A stretch of 28,365 nt of DNA from Promethearchaeota archaeon. GTDB lineage: Archaea > Asgardarchaeota > Lokiarchaeia > Sigyniarchaeales > SOKP01. The stretch spans positions 1 to 28,365 of the forward strand of contig JAFGOA010000010.1 of the NCBI GenBank assembly GCA_016926735.1, in the 5' to 3' direction. The position numbers and the translations under genes are program-made. Positions 1-8,369 of the stretch are shown one piece after another. The stretch's first letter is position 1, and the number at the start of each line of letters is the position of its first letter. A model generated the notes under the pieces. The model was not told where the DNA came from, ran no database searches, and saw nothing but the letters and a program-made list of their open reading frames with translations.

Positions 1-140
1 AACAACCCTTGAAAGTTTGGATTTCCTAATAGAATAATCTAAAATAATTATTTCAGAATATAACAACCAGAACCATAAGGTTGGACAGTGATTTCAAAAT
101 TATTATTATCAATTGTTGTTATTAATGATCCAGAAAAAAA

Positions 141-345
141 CTTACTGTCCTATAATTATTACCCTTGACCTCTACTCTTAGAATAACTCTTATAGAAGTA
201 TAAATCCCGAAAGGTCCAGATGTGATCCGTAATCCCAGCACTCATAAATGGTGTCTGTTTTTCCCATTTCTCAAATAATATGTTATTTTTTATCCGTAAG
301 GAGTGATGGGGACGAATGAAATGATAATATCCAAAAAAAAGGTGT
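141..345 (-). mobile_element. IS1-family-like transposase C-terminal remnant
   Basis: ORF 159..362 reads YYHFIRPHHSL...TPFMSAGITDHIWT, typical of the C-terminus of IS1-family DDE transposases. The catalytic N-terminal part is missing. A possible degenerate end lies near 141-160 (cttactgtcctataatt). Confidence 0.75.
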
Positions 346-748
346 AATTGAAATAAATCCAAATGTTTTTTTTATATGGTTTAATTTAGGAGCTGTTTAT
401 AGAATTAAAAATGAGCAAGAAAAAGCAATAGAATGCTATCAAAAAGGAATAGAAATAAATCCAAATTTAAGTTTTGCATGGTATAATTTAGGAAATATTT
501 ATTATGATTTAAATCAGCGAGATAAAGCAATAGATAGCTATCAAAAAGTAATTGAATTAGATCCTGATTTCCATAGAGCATGGTATAAATATGCTTGTTT
601 AGAATTTTTAAAAAATAATCATTTAAATGCAATTAAATATTTGAAAAATGCTATTAAACTAAATAATAAATATAGAGATTTTGCAAAAAATGATAAGAGT
701 TTTGATAATATACAACATAGAGAAGAATTTAAGAATATTTTTATTTAA
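344..748 (+). pseudogene. 5'-truncated TPR-repeat protein (absent from ORF track)
   Basis: Open frame from 320 to the TAA at 746-748 with no start codon. From 344 it reads VIEINPNVFFIWFNLGAVYRIKNEQEKAIECYQKGIEINPNLSFAWYNLGNIYYDLNQRDKAIDSYQKVIELDPDFHRAWYKYAC...FAKNDKSFDNIQHREEFKNIFI*, i.e. canonical TPR units plus a C-terminal cap. Confidence 0.9.
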
Positions 749-897
749 TTAAATTAGTCTAAATTGTAAAATCAATCATTTTTAACAGTAATATTATTAC
801 ATAATTACTATTACACTAGTTTATCTCTTTATATCAATCATTAACTATTTTAATTAAAATACTAAAAAAAATATTATAATAATTTTACCTTGAGTTG

Positions 898-934
898 TTT
901 CACGATCGTTATTCATGAAAGGTTCATGAAGCGA
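898..934 (+). repeat. Dispersed ~37-bp TCATGA-triplet element, copy A
   Basis: tttcacgatcgttattcatgaaaggttcatgaagcga; ungapped 27/37 match to copy B and 28/37 to copy E. Confidence 0.75.
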
Positions 935-990
935 AAGAGAGAAAAATTTTTTTAGTATACTATTAAAAAGAGAAAAAGACAAAAATATTG

Positions 991-1329
991 TTATTGAAAT
1001 TTAGAAAAAATTTTATCCATTTCATTCCTGTAGAGAATATATGCTTCTCGACCACTAGGTGTAAGACTGATTTCTGTTATAGGTTTTTTCCCTTTAAACC
1101 TTTTTACAACTAAAATATATCCCACTTCCTCTAATTTTGAAATATGAGAAGATAAATTTCCTTTAGTTAATTTTGTTTGGGTTTTAAGAAATTGAAAATC
1201 AGAATTCTTTATTACATAGAGAATCGACATTATTAATAATCGTGCTGGTTCATGGATTATTTTATTGATATCCGAAATCAGAGGGATATCACTATTCTTA
1301 TCTATCTCTTTTTTTTTTATTATTAACAC
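991..1329 (-). CDS. Winged-HTH transcriptional regulator (MarR/ArsR-like, HTH_34 type)
   Basis: IHEPARLLIMSIL...DFQFLK...LTKGNLSSHISKLEEVGYI...F.GKKP.T...LT..GR motif pattern. Confidence 0.9.
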   Translation of the reverse strand: MLIIKKKEIDKNSDIPLISDINKIIHEPARLLIMSILYVIKNSDFQFLKTQTKLTKGNLSSHISKLEEVGYILVVKRFKGKKPITEISLTPSGREAYILYRNEMDKIFSKFQ

Positions 1330-1357
1330 CCATTTAGTTAAGGATATTATTTTATTA

Positions 1358-1981
1358 TTAATTCTTCTTTTCGATATTTTTGGGTAATCTATATTTCTTA
1401 AGAAATTTGTTAAAGGTTATAATCCCTATAGTTATAATCATAGGAGTTACAATAATAGATGAAATTATTAAATTTAGAGGTTCTGGTATTTTGGCTAGAA
1501 AAAGAAGTAATGCTAAAAAATAATTCATTTCAACTAGTAATGCAATTAGGTATCCTCGTTTATATTCTGTAAAATAAGAAAAGATGCATAATCCAAGGGG
1601 TAATACTACCATAATCATAAATAATTCAATAACATAATCCGAAAAGATTACTTTTAATTGATAACTCATGATGATAAAAAAGAAAACATAGATCAAAAGT
1701 ATCATCGAAATTTTAATTTTTTTAATATTTCTATAAAGACCATATTTTACTCTACCTATTCTTGGCTCAGAAATTTTTTTTTTCAGTAAAATAAAGGATA
1801 TAATAAATACTATTTGTATGATTAATCTGATAATATTCCCCATATATCCCCATTCAAATTGTAAATTCGATATAAAAAAGACTATCCCAAATAAAATCTC
1901 TAATAATCCATCTTCATATTGAATTAGAAACGCTTTTCTTTCAATTTCCTTTAAATCTATTTTTTCTGATATGAATCTCAC
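1358..1981 (-). CDS. Integral membrane protein (~6 TM), co-oriented with the wHTH regulator
   Basis: Multiple hydrophobic segments; ERKA....EDGL.EI.FG and PRIGRVK motifs; aggtga-type SD upstream. Confidence 0.8.
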   Translation of the reverse strand: MRFISEKIDLKEIERKAFLIQYEDGLLEILFGIVFFISNLQFEWGYMGNIIRLIIQIVFIISFILLKKKISEPRIGRVKYGLYRNIKKIKISMILLIYVFFFIIMSYQLKVIFSDYVIELFMIMVVLPLGLCIFSYFTEYKRGYLIALLVEMNYFLALLLFLAKIPEPLNLIISSIIVTPMIITIGIITFNKFLKKYRLPKNIEKKN

Positions 1982-2086
1982 CTTTAAATTTTCTTAATTA
2001 TAAGGTTTCAATAATACAGGAAAGAATTTGCTTTCAGAGTGTTATTTTCAGTATAATATATAATAGATCTTAATTATTTTTTATTC

Positions 2087-2560
2087 TTAAACTGTTACTT
2101 TAGATATTTTAGTTAAAAAAAAAAAAGGTAAATTATTTAGTTGTATTTTTTTAAGATGTGATAAAGAAGATTCTCGCCATCCAGATTTCATATTTAAAGT
2201 GCTACGAAAATAGAATCCAAAGAGAAATATAACTACTATATCCATGAGAAATATACTCATTGAAAATCCAACAGGAAATTCATTTCCTGATATTGCGAAG
2301 ATAGCTTGTATAACTAAATAAATTGCCATTGGTAAAATTATATTAATTAGAATAGATTTATAATTTATTTTATAGTCTCTCAAGGATTTAAGCAGATTAA
2401 CCTTTTTTTTTTTTGAAAAATAAATTCTTAAAAAAAAATAAACAAAAATTATAGATTCCAAAATAATAAGGGGATATATCTGATAATTAGGAATAAATAC
2501 TGAAAGACTATAAACGAGGAATAAGCAAAAAATAACTAAAGATATTACAATTTTTGTCAT
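2087..2560 (-). CDS. Hypothetical membrane protein (~4 TM)
   Basis: Four hydrophobic segments. The ATG at 2560 (MTKIVIS, preceded by aagga) is preferred over the TTG at 2659. The C-terminal tail crosses homopolymer runs and is uncertain. Confidence 0.6.
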   Translation of the reverse strand: MTKIVISLVIFCLFLVYSLSVFIPNYQIYPLIILESIIFVYFFLRIYFSKKKKVNLLKSLRDYKINYKSILINIILPMAIYLVIQAIFAISGNEFPVGFSMSIFLMDIVVIFLFGFYFRSTLNMKSGWRESSLSHLKKIQLNNLPFFFLTKISKVTV

Positions 2561-2858
2561 TTTTGTTTTTTCCTTCTGTAAAACTTTTTCTTCATGTATG
2601 TACAAGATTATTACCCTATATAATATGAAAATTCTTTGTTTTATGTTGGATAAGAACAATTAATTGTCCTTAATAATATAAAAAGTATATTGATATTTAA
2701 GGTTTGCCACACAGACCAGTGCCTGCGAAAAACCATTCATAAAATGTATGAAGAAGTGATCTTTATAGATCTCATTAAGCATATCTTTATTGGAGTAAGA
2801 CCTAATGCTATCAAATAATATTAATTGAGAATGATAAAATTTTTTTTCTGAAAATAGT

Positions 2859-2895
2859 TTTCATGATCTTTATTCATGATATCCTCATGTATTAA
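2859..2895 (+). repeat. Dispersed TCATGA-triplet element, copy B
   Basis: tttcatgatctttattcatgatatcctcatgtattaa; 2860-2877 is identical over 18 bp to 3670-3687. Confidence 0.75.
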
Positions 2896-3179
2896 GAATT
2901 TAGAGATAAATTTAGAAAAGATAAATCAAAATCTATCATGATAATTCAAGAAACCTCCCTCTACGATAGTAGAGAGTATTTTTTCTAAATAGATTATAAC
3001 TTTTGATTATTTTACTTTTTTTAAGGTAATTAAATCATGATATTAAAGACAATTAACAACTTGAATAAAAAAAACTCAGTATTGGGGAATGCTAGTTCAA
3101 AAAAGAAAAACCTTTATTAATAAGAAGGTTATATTTTTAATTAAATCCCTTAAAAGGAAAAAAAAAAAGTGTTGATTCC

Positions 3180-3404
3180 ATGGTCTGGACTGTGAGCCCC
3201 CCGAAAAAAATTACTGTAATTATCTCTATCATAATTGTTTTTATTGGAATTATTGTTTCAATAATAGGATATTTTTCATTGTTTCCTTCAGAAATAATTA
3301 TTTTTGATTTTGAAATTAACGATTTTTTAGTTTATGCTGGACTTTTTATAATTGGTTTTGGATGGTTTTTAATCTTTTTAGGGACAAGACTCAGAGGTAT
3401 ATAA
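3180..3404 (+). CDS. Small 2-TM membrane protein, paralog 1
   Basis: SPPKKITVIIS... start, two TM helices, GTRLRGI end. Confidence 0.8.
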   Translation: MVWTVSPPKKITVIISIIIVFIGIIVSIIGYFSLFPSEIIIFDFEINDFLVYAGLFIIGFGWFLIFLGTRLRGI

Positions 3405-3423
3405 TAATTAAGGAGATGAGAAA

Positions 3424-3642
3424 ATGGATTATAACCCTCCCACACAAAAAACTATAGAATTATCGCTACTTATATTAACTATAGGAATTTCCTTAGTAAT
3501 AACAGGTTATCAAGAATTAATTACTGAAGATATTGTTTTCTTAAATATTAATATTAATACATGGTGTTTTTTTGGTGGATTTTTACTCTCACTGCTAAGT
3601 TGGTTAATAATGTACATAGGAATTCGTGTAAAAGGCTTATAA
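3424..3642 (+). CDS. Small 2-TM membrane protein, paralog 2
   Basis: NPPTQKTIELS... start, two TM helices, GIRVKGL end; aggag SD; aligns end to end with 3180..3404. Confidence 0.8.
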   Translation: MDYNPPTQKTIELSLLILTIGISLVITGYQELITEDIVFLNININTWCFFGGFLLSLLSWLIMYIGIRVKGL

Positions 3643-3658
3643 ATAACTTTTTTTAAAT

Positions 3659-3690
3659 CCATGATGCGCTTCATGATCTTTATTCATATA
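3659..3690 (+). repeat. Dispersed TCATGA-triplet element, copy C
   Basis: ccatgatgcgcttcatgatctttattcatata; 18-bp identity to copy B. Confidence 0.7.
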
Positions 3691-3959
3691 ATAAAAAGTA
3701 GCGTTGGAAAAAAATAAAAATTAATAGGAAATGATCATGGAATTTATAGGTAAAAATAAATAATGTTATATTTGACGAATTCACTTAATCCTTAAGATAA
3801 AATTGAATATATTCATCAAACATAATAATTTGATATTTAAAATCAATATTTCCGTAATCCTATAAAAAATCCTCTCTTATATAATGAAGGATTTTAAAAT
3901 TTTATACATTATAAAATATACAATATAGGTTTAAATTAAAAAACAAAGATGAATAATTT

Positions 3960-4643
3960 ATGCAACAAGAATTTATTATTTCGAATATATTTCAGCTTAT
4001 TACGTTTATTATTCTTTTTATATTTACAATAATAATCTTTATTCGAGATCCAAAGTATCAAGGAAACCAATTTTTAGCAATTGCTTATTTTGGAATTTTA
4101 ATAAATGTATTGATGATAATTATAAGTAGGTTTGAATTTAGTGAGGAAATCATTAATATTGTGTTTAGAGTTAGCATCATGGGAATTATTCTAGGTATTC
4201 CCTGTCTTACACTTGGGATTTGGATCTTTTGCGAAAGTTGGAATGTAGTAAAAAAAACAATTTTTTTTAAAATATTTCCATTGATTATTGGAATGTTATG
4301 GATAGTAGTATGGATACCTGATTTTATTACAATACAATCACTTCAAACTCTCAATATTCAACGAAATCCAATATATATGTTATCTATCACAATTTGGATT
4401 TTTATAAATTTGATATATACATTGATACGTTTAAGAAGGGTGATTACATCTCCAAATTTGAAGGATAAAAAAATGAGTCAGAAATTAAAAAAATTATTAC
4501 TTACTATTTACCTTACTTTTGGGATACCAATTTCATCAATATTGGAAGGTATAACGGGATCGGTGATTTTTACAATATCTCAATCCATATTTTCACTAAT
4601 TATTACTTTAATCTTAGCATCATTTATTTTAAAACGCAAATAA
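3960..4643 (+). CDS. Stand-alone 7TM membrane protein (HisKA_7TM-like sensor domain, no kinase)
   Basis: About seven hydrophobic helices, RDPKY..NQF after TM1, no cytoplasmic output domain. Confidence 0.7.
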   Translation: MQQEFIISNIFQLITFIILFIFTIIIFIRDPKYQGNQFLAIAYFGILINVLMIIISRFEFSEEIINIVFRVSIMGIILGIPCLTLGIWIFCESWNVVKKTIFFKIFPLIIGMLWIVVWIPDFITIQSLQTLNIQRNPIYMLSITIWIFINLIYTLIRLRRVITSPNLKDKKMSQKLKKLLLTIYLTFGIPISSILEGITGSVIFTISQSIFSLIITLILASFILKRK

Positions 4644-4723
4644 TTGAAATATGATTTTTTTTATTATATCCTCAAATCTTCAGATCTTTTTTCCTTAATA
4701 TGATATAAAAAAAAAGAAAAGTA

Positions 4724-5761
4724 TTATTTTATACATTTGAATATGGTTAAAGGTGTTGAAAAATACATTTTTTTAAATCCAGATTCTGTAAGCCAATTTT
4801 TAAATTCTTGTTTATCAAAAAATCCATTTGCACCTTCAATAGTTCTTAGCATAATATGAAGATATTCATTTGCTGTTGGTTTCATTATTGTACTACCAAA
4901 CATGATTCCCCCTGGTTTTAAAACACGAGAGATCTCACTCAAAGCTTTCTTGGAATCTGTCCAATGGAGTACTTGTGATATAAATACAAAATCAAAATAA
5001 TCATCTTCAAAAGGGATATCTATTGCTGTTCCTACTTTAAATTTTGGAAAGAATTTTTTAAATTTTAATAATTCTTCTTTGGAATATGAAGAATTATTTG
5101 ATAAGGTTAGCAGAAATTCTTCCTTTGCAATTTTTAAAAAATCTTTATCTATATCCATTCCATATATTTCCATTATTTTATCTTCTGAAAAAAAGTCTTT
5201 CTCAAAATATATGTTCCAAATTTCTACGGTTTCTAATCCACTTCCACATCCTATATCGAGTAACCTTCCTGCTTTATCAAAAACATTTAAGAAAGCAAAA
5301 GAGGCTTTTCTTATTATAGAATATACTTTTAAATTTAATGCATCATCGAAATTAAATAAATTATAACCAGTTGTATATCTAAGATGTTCACCTTTTAATC
5401 TTGCAGGTATTGCAGCTGCAAATGATCTTATATAATCCATCATTGATTTATTTAATAACACGGGAAGTTTATCTTTAATAACTAATGGTTCCTTCAGAAA
5501 ATACGTTTTATCTTCATAATTAATAGTCTTATCTGATAGTAATGCAAATAAAACTTCTTTAAGATAATCTATATCTGTATAATTAAAATTTTTAGCGATT
5601 TCATCGATATTATGCTTACTTTTAAGAAAATCAAAAAATCCTTGATTATTTAGTTCCTCTACAACTATTCTTCTAAAGAATTGATTGACATCTTTAAGTC
5701 TTTTACCAAGAAAACCTAATTTTAATACTTCTTTCCACATAAATGCTTTATTTAACATCAT
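4724..5761 (-). CDS. Class I SAM-dependent methyltransferase with N-terminal wHTH-like region
   Basis: LLDIGCGSG motif I, GMDID, IPFEDDYFDFV, LHW, RVLKPGG. Confidence 0.9.
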   Translation of the reverse strand: MMLNKAFMWKEVLKLGFLGKRLKDVNQFFRRIVVEELNNQGFFDFLKSKHNIDEIAKNFNYTDIDYLKEVLFALLSDKTINYEDKTYFLKEPLVIKDKLPVLLNKSMMDYIRSFAAAIPARLKGEHLRYTTGYNLFNFDDALNLKVYSIIRKASFAFLNVFDKAGRLLDIGCGSGLETVEIWNIYFEKDFFSEDKIMEIYGMDIDKDFLKIAKEEFLLTLSNNSSYSKEELLKFKKFFPKFKVGTAIDIPFEDDYFDFVFISQVLHWTDSKKALSEISRVLKPGGIMFGSTIMKPTANEYLHIMLRTIEGANGFFDKQEFKNWLTESGFKKMYFSTPLTIFKCIK

Positions 5762-6152
5762 TATCTCCTTATTTTTTAAAAGATATTGTTGTTATAACTC
5801 ACTAAATATATTAATTTTAAAACTAGATGAATTGAGCTCTGATATAATTCAATATAGTGAATTGTTATAAATTATCTATATTATAGAATTAATAACAACA
5901 AGAACTCTTTTTTGTTCTATTTGTAAATTTTATCTTTTGATAATAAATTTTTAAAAGATTTGGTTAATAAATTTATTCATTCAAATATCATAATATTGTA
6001 GTTTTGGTTTTCTATTTATAAATTTATAAAAATAGAATAAAAAATGTGAACTGCACACGACTTAAAGGTTGTGCTTTCCTATGAGTATGTAATTATTTTT
6101 AGTACGGCTCGGTCTGTTTATCATAGAAAATAGTTTCAGTATGATTGAATTG

Positions 6153-6188
6153 TTTCAAGATCCTTATTCATTTATTTTCATGCAGTGA
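6153..6188 (+). repeat. Dispersed TCATGA-triplet element, copy D
   Basis: tttcaagatccttattcatttattttcatgcagtga; aligns to copy A with one gap, and the flanks (ttg... / ...aaag) are also similar. Confidence 0.65.
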
Positions 6189-6291
6189 AAAGAAATGATC
6201 TGTTTTATTGTATTTATATCGTTTTTTATATAAGCTGAAAAAATAATAACTACAATAATACTATTTCTTTCTTAAAAGATTTCTTAATTTC

Positions 6292-6411
6292 TTATGTTCT
6301 TCTATTTCTTCCTTTTCCAGTGCTTTTTATATCCTTACATCCCCCACGTCCGCGATTTGCTCTTACTCCTCTGCCAGATCCATCTCGTTTAGGGACTCCT
6401 TTCTTTGCCAT
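6292..6411 (-). CDS. 39-aa Arg/Gly/Lys-rich small protein (absent from ORF track)
   Basis: ATG at 6411, TAA at 6294-6292: MAKKGVPKRDGSGRGVRANRGRGGCKDIKSTGKGRNRRT. The ORF exactly spans a local GC-rich island, with A/T-biased third codon positions. Confidence 0.8.
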   Translation of the reverse strand: MAKKGVPKRDGSGRGVRANRGRGGCKDIKSTGKGRNRRT

Positions 6412-6493
6412 ATAATCATATCTTTTTTTTTTTGTATTTATAATAATCAACATTATTTATTATTTTTTTTTTTTCATTCTTTCATATCTTAAT

Positions 6494-6529
6494 TACAAAG
6501 ATCTACATTCTATTATCTTCATGGAGTAA
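6494..6529 (+). repeat. Dispersed TCATGA-triplet element, degenerate copy F
   Basis: ...gatctacattctattatcttcatggagtaa retains gatc and the tatcttcatg.ag tail seen in copy E. Confidence 0.45.
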
Positions 6530-6764
6530 AGAAAAAGAAGATAACTATAATTTTATGATTATTTTGTATCTAAAACTATACCTTCCTTCTCCTTAAAGAA
6601 AGAAGTCTTCTTGAGTGATTATGGCTAATTTTTCAATATTCAATTTATTCAACTATAGTTTTATATACAAGATAAAATAATTATAATCTGTAAATTAATA
6701 CTTCAATCATTAAATATAGAAATCTTTTTAAAATAGAACATATATTTAGTAAAACGATGATTTA

Positions 6765-8102
6765 ATGATGAAAAATCTAATTGGACATCTCTTAATAGGT
6801 AAAAAAAAGAGTAAATTTCTATTAAAAATTGTAATTGGTGCTTCTATTCTTTTTCTTATATGTTTTTTCTATCAGACTAAACATATTCTCGCTGCTGGTG
6901 GTGAATTAAATGTTCAAACTAATAAAAGCAATATTAATATTGGAGATAACGTAACAATAACGTGGATTGAATACAACGAACCGTATACCACACCATATGG
7001 ATCAGGATATTATGGAGGTTTTTTTTATTTAGTCTCGTTAAGAATAGATGATGGAAATTGGACTTTGTTAAACAATCAAACTAATAGGGGCTATAATTAT
7101 CAAATCAATACATCTGGAATAGCAAGATTTAGGGTAGAAGAATATGCAACTTGGACGACCTATGATGGTCCTAGTGGAATAACTACTGATTATGGCATAG
7201 CACTAATATATCAAGAAAATAGCATAAATATTGAAGTCATCAATCCATATACAACTACGTTATCAGAGATACAACTATTCCTAATTATCAATATAATTTC
7301 GAGTATTTTTATTACAGGAGCAATTGTATATTCACTGCATTTAAAAGAAAATATGAAGAACAAAGGTGAAATTAAAAAAAAGATCTTAATTGATATTACT
7401 AATATCTCTCTTTCATCATTATTTACTTCACTGCAAATTATCCAAATTAATGAAAATCAGAATATTGGCATTAATACCATAGATAATAATCCTCTCCTTT
7501 ATATATTTTCGTACTTAATGCTTTTTATTGCAATTCTTATTTTAATATTACTATCAATAAGTTTTGTTATTTCTTTACAAGAATACAGAAAATATTTAAA
7601 GAATAAAATAAATGAACCGATATATAATAGAAAATTAAATTTTAAGAAAGTATTTGAAAATGAAACAAGACAGAATTTAATTAAAACAATTTTACAAGAA
7701 CCTGGAATTCATTTTCAAGAATTATTGAGAAAGTGTCAATTACAGAGAGGTCAATTACAATGGCACCTTAAAATTTTAGATGAATTTGGTATAATAAAGA
7801 AGAAAAAAATAGGACAATATAGTTCCTTTTTCTCTCGTTTTAACAATGTTGAATCAAAAAAATATAATAAAATAATTACAAAATCAAACATACGAGTTGA
7901 ACTCTTAGATATAATTAGAAAAAATCCAGGAATTACACCTACAATAATAAAAAACATTAAAAAAATCAATCTAACAACAATAGATTATCATATTAATAAA
8001 CTAAAGAAAAATAACTTTATAAGAACTGAGAAAAAAGGAAGAGAAGTATTTCTTTTTATAGATGAGGATATTTCTATTAATTTAGAAGACTATATGACAT
8101 AA
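6765..8102 (+). CDS. Membrane-anchored transcriptional regulator: signal peptide, beta-rich ectodomain, ~3 TM, tandem wHTH (COG3398-like)
   Basis: Basic/hydrophobic N-terminus ending HILA-A; Tyr/Gly/Thr-rich domain; TM helices; FENETRQNLIKTILQEPGIHFQEL...GQLQWHLKIL and IRKNPGIT...TIDYHINKL. Confidence 0.85.
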   Translation: MMKNLIGHLLIGKKKSKFLLKIVIGASILFLICFFYQTKHILAAGGELNVQTNKSNINIGDNVTITWIEYNEPYTTPYGSGYYGGFFYLVSLRIDDGNWTLLNNQTNRGYNYQINTSGIARFRVEEYATWTTYDGPSGITTDYGIALIYQENSINIEVINPYTTTLSEIQLFLIINIISSIFITGAIVYSLHLKENMKNKGEIKKKILIDITNISLSSLFTSLQIIQINENQNIGINTIDNNPLLYIFSYLMLFIAILILILLSISFVISLQEYRKYLKNKINEPIYNRKLNFKKVFENETRQNLIKTILQEPGIHFQELLRKCQLQRGQLQWHLKILDEFGIIKKKKIGQYSSFFSRFNNVESKKYNKIITKSNIRVELLDIIRKNPGITPTIIKNIKKINLTTIDYHINKLKKNNFIRTEKKGREVFLFIDEDISINLEDYMT

Positions 8103-8204
8103 CTTATGCTATATTCTAAAATTAAAAATATATTTTTTATTTATTTTTATAGGATGTTCTATCTAAATCAATAAAAAGATCTGAAAAAAAGATCCAAATC
8201 ATTT

Positions 8205-8303
8205 ATACTTCAAAAAGTGTACCTCAAATCTTAAAAAGAAGCTAAAAAATTAAGTATTTTCTATATAATACTTCAAAAAGTGTACCTTAAATCTTAAAAA
8301 GAA
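8205..8303 (+). promoter_or_regulatory. 36-bp direct repeat x2 (35/36 identical, period 63 bp), putative operator
   Basis: atacttcaaaaagtgtacctcaaatcttaaaaagaa (8205-8240) and atacttcaaaaagtgtaccttaaatcttaaaaagaa (8268-8303), ending 66 bp before the hydrolase ATG. The repeat is seen directly; the operator role is inferred. Confidence 0.7.
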
Positions 8304-8369
8304 ATCTAACATATTTAAAATAATTCTCTAAAAAGAGAAATGAATTAAATAAAGAGGATTAGAGAAATA

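Larger units (their letters stand above)
6046..6620 (-). mobile_element. Putative non-autonomous IS200/IS605-type element (two subterminal hairpins, no tnpA/tnpB)
   Basis: On the minus strand it ends ...aggaaagcacaacctttaagtcgtgtgcagTTCAC (6080-6046) and starts ...tcaagaagacttctttctttaaggagaaggaagg (6613-6581). Both hairpins share a CTTTAA loop and resemble IS605-family ends. The left boundary is approximate. Confidence 0.55.

Noticed and set aside
1-128. Minus-strand fragment ...TVQPYGSGCY / YSEI resembling the shared ectodomain
   Set aside because: Needs a frameshift, is very short and is cut by the window edge.
405-632. 75-aa minus-strand ORF
   Set aside because: Antisense shadow of the TPR frame at 344..748.
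3867-3896. aaaatcct...aggatttt inverted repeat around ttatataa
   Set aside because: A single 8-bp dyad in AT-rich DNA with no second copy to support an operator call.
5079-5870. Plus-strand ORFs 5079..5366, 5086..5319, 5685..5870
   Set aside because: Antisense to the methyltransferase, no motifs.
8205-8303. Mini-CRISPR interpretation of the 36-bp repeat
   Set aside because: Only two copies, a short AT-rich spacer, no typical repeat terminus (GAAAC/G), no cas genes; the position fits an operator better.
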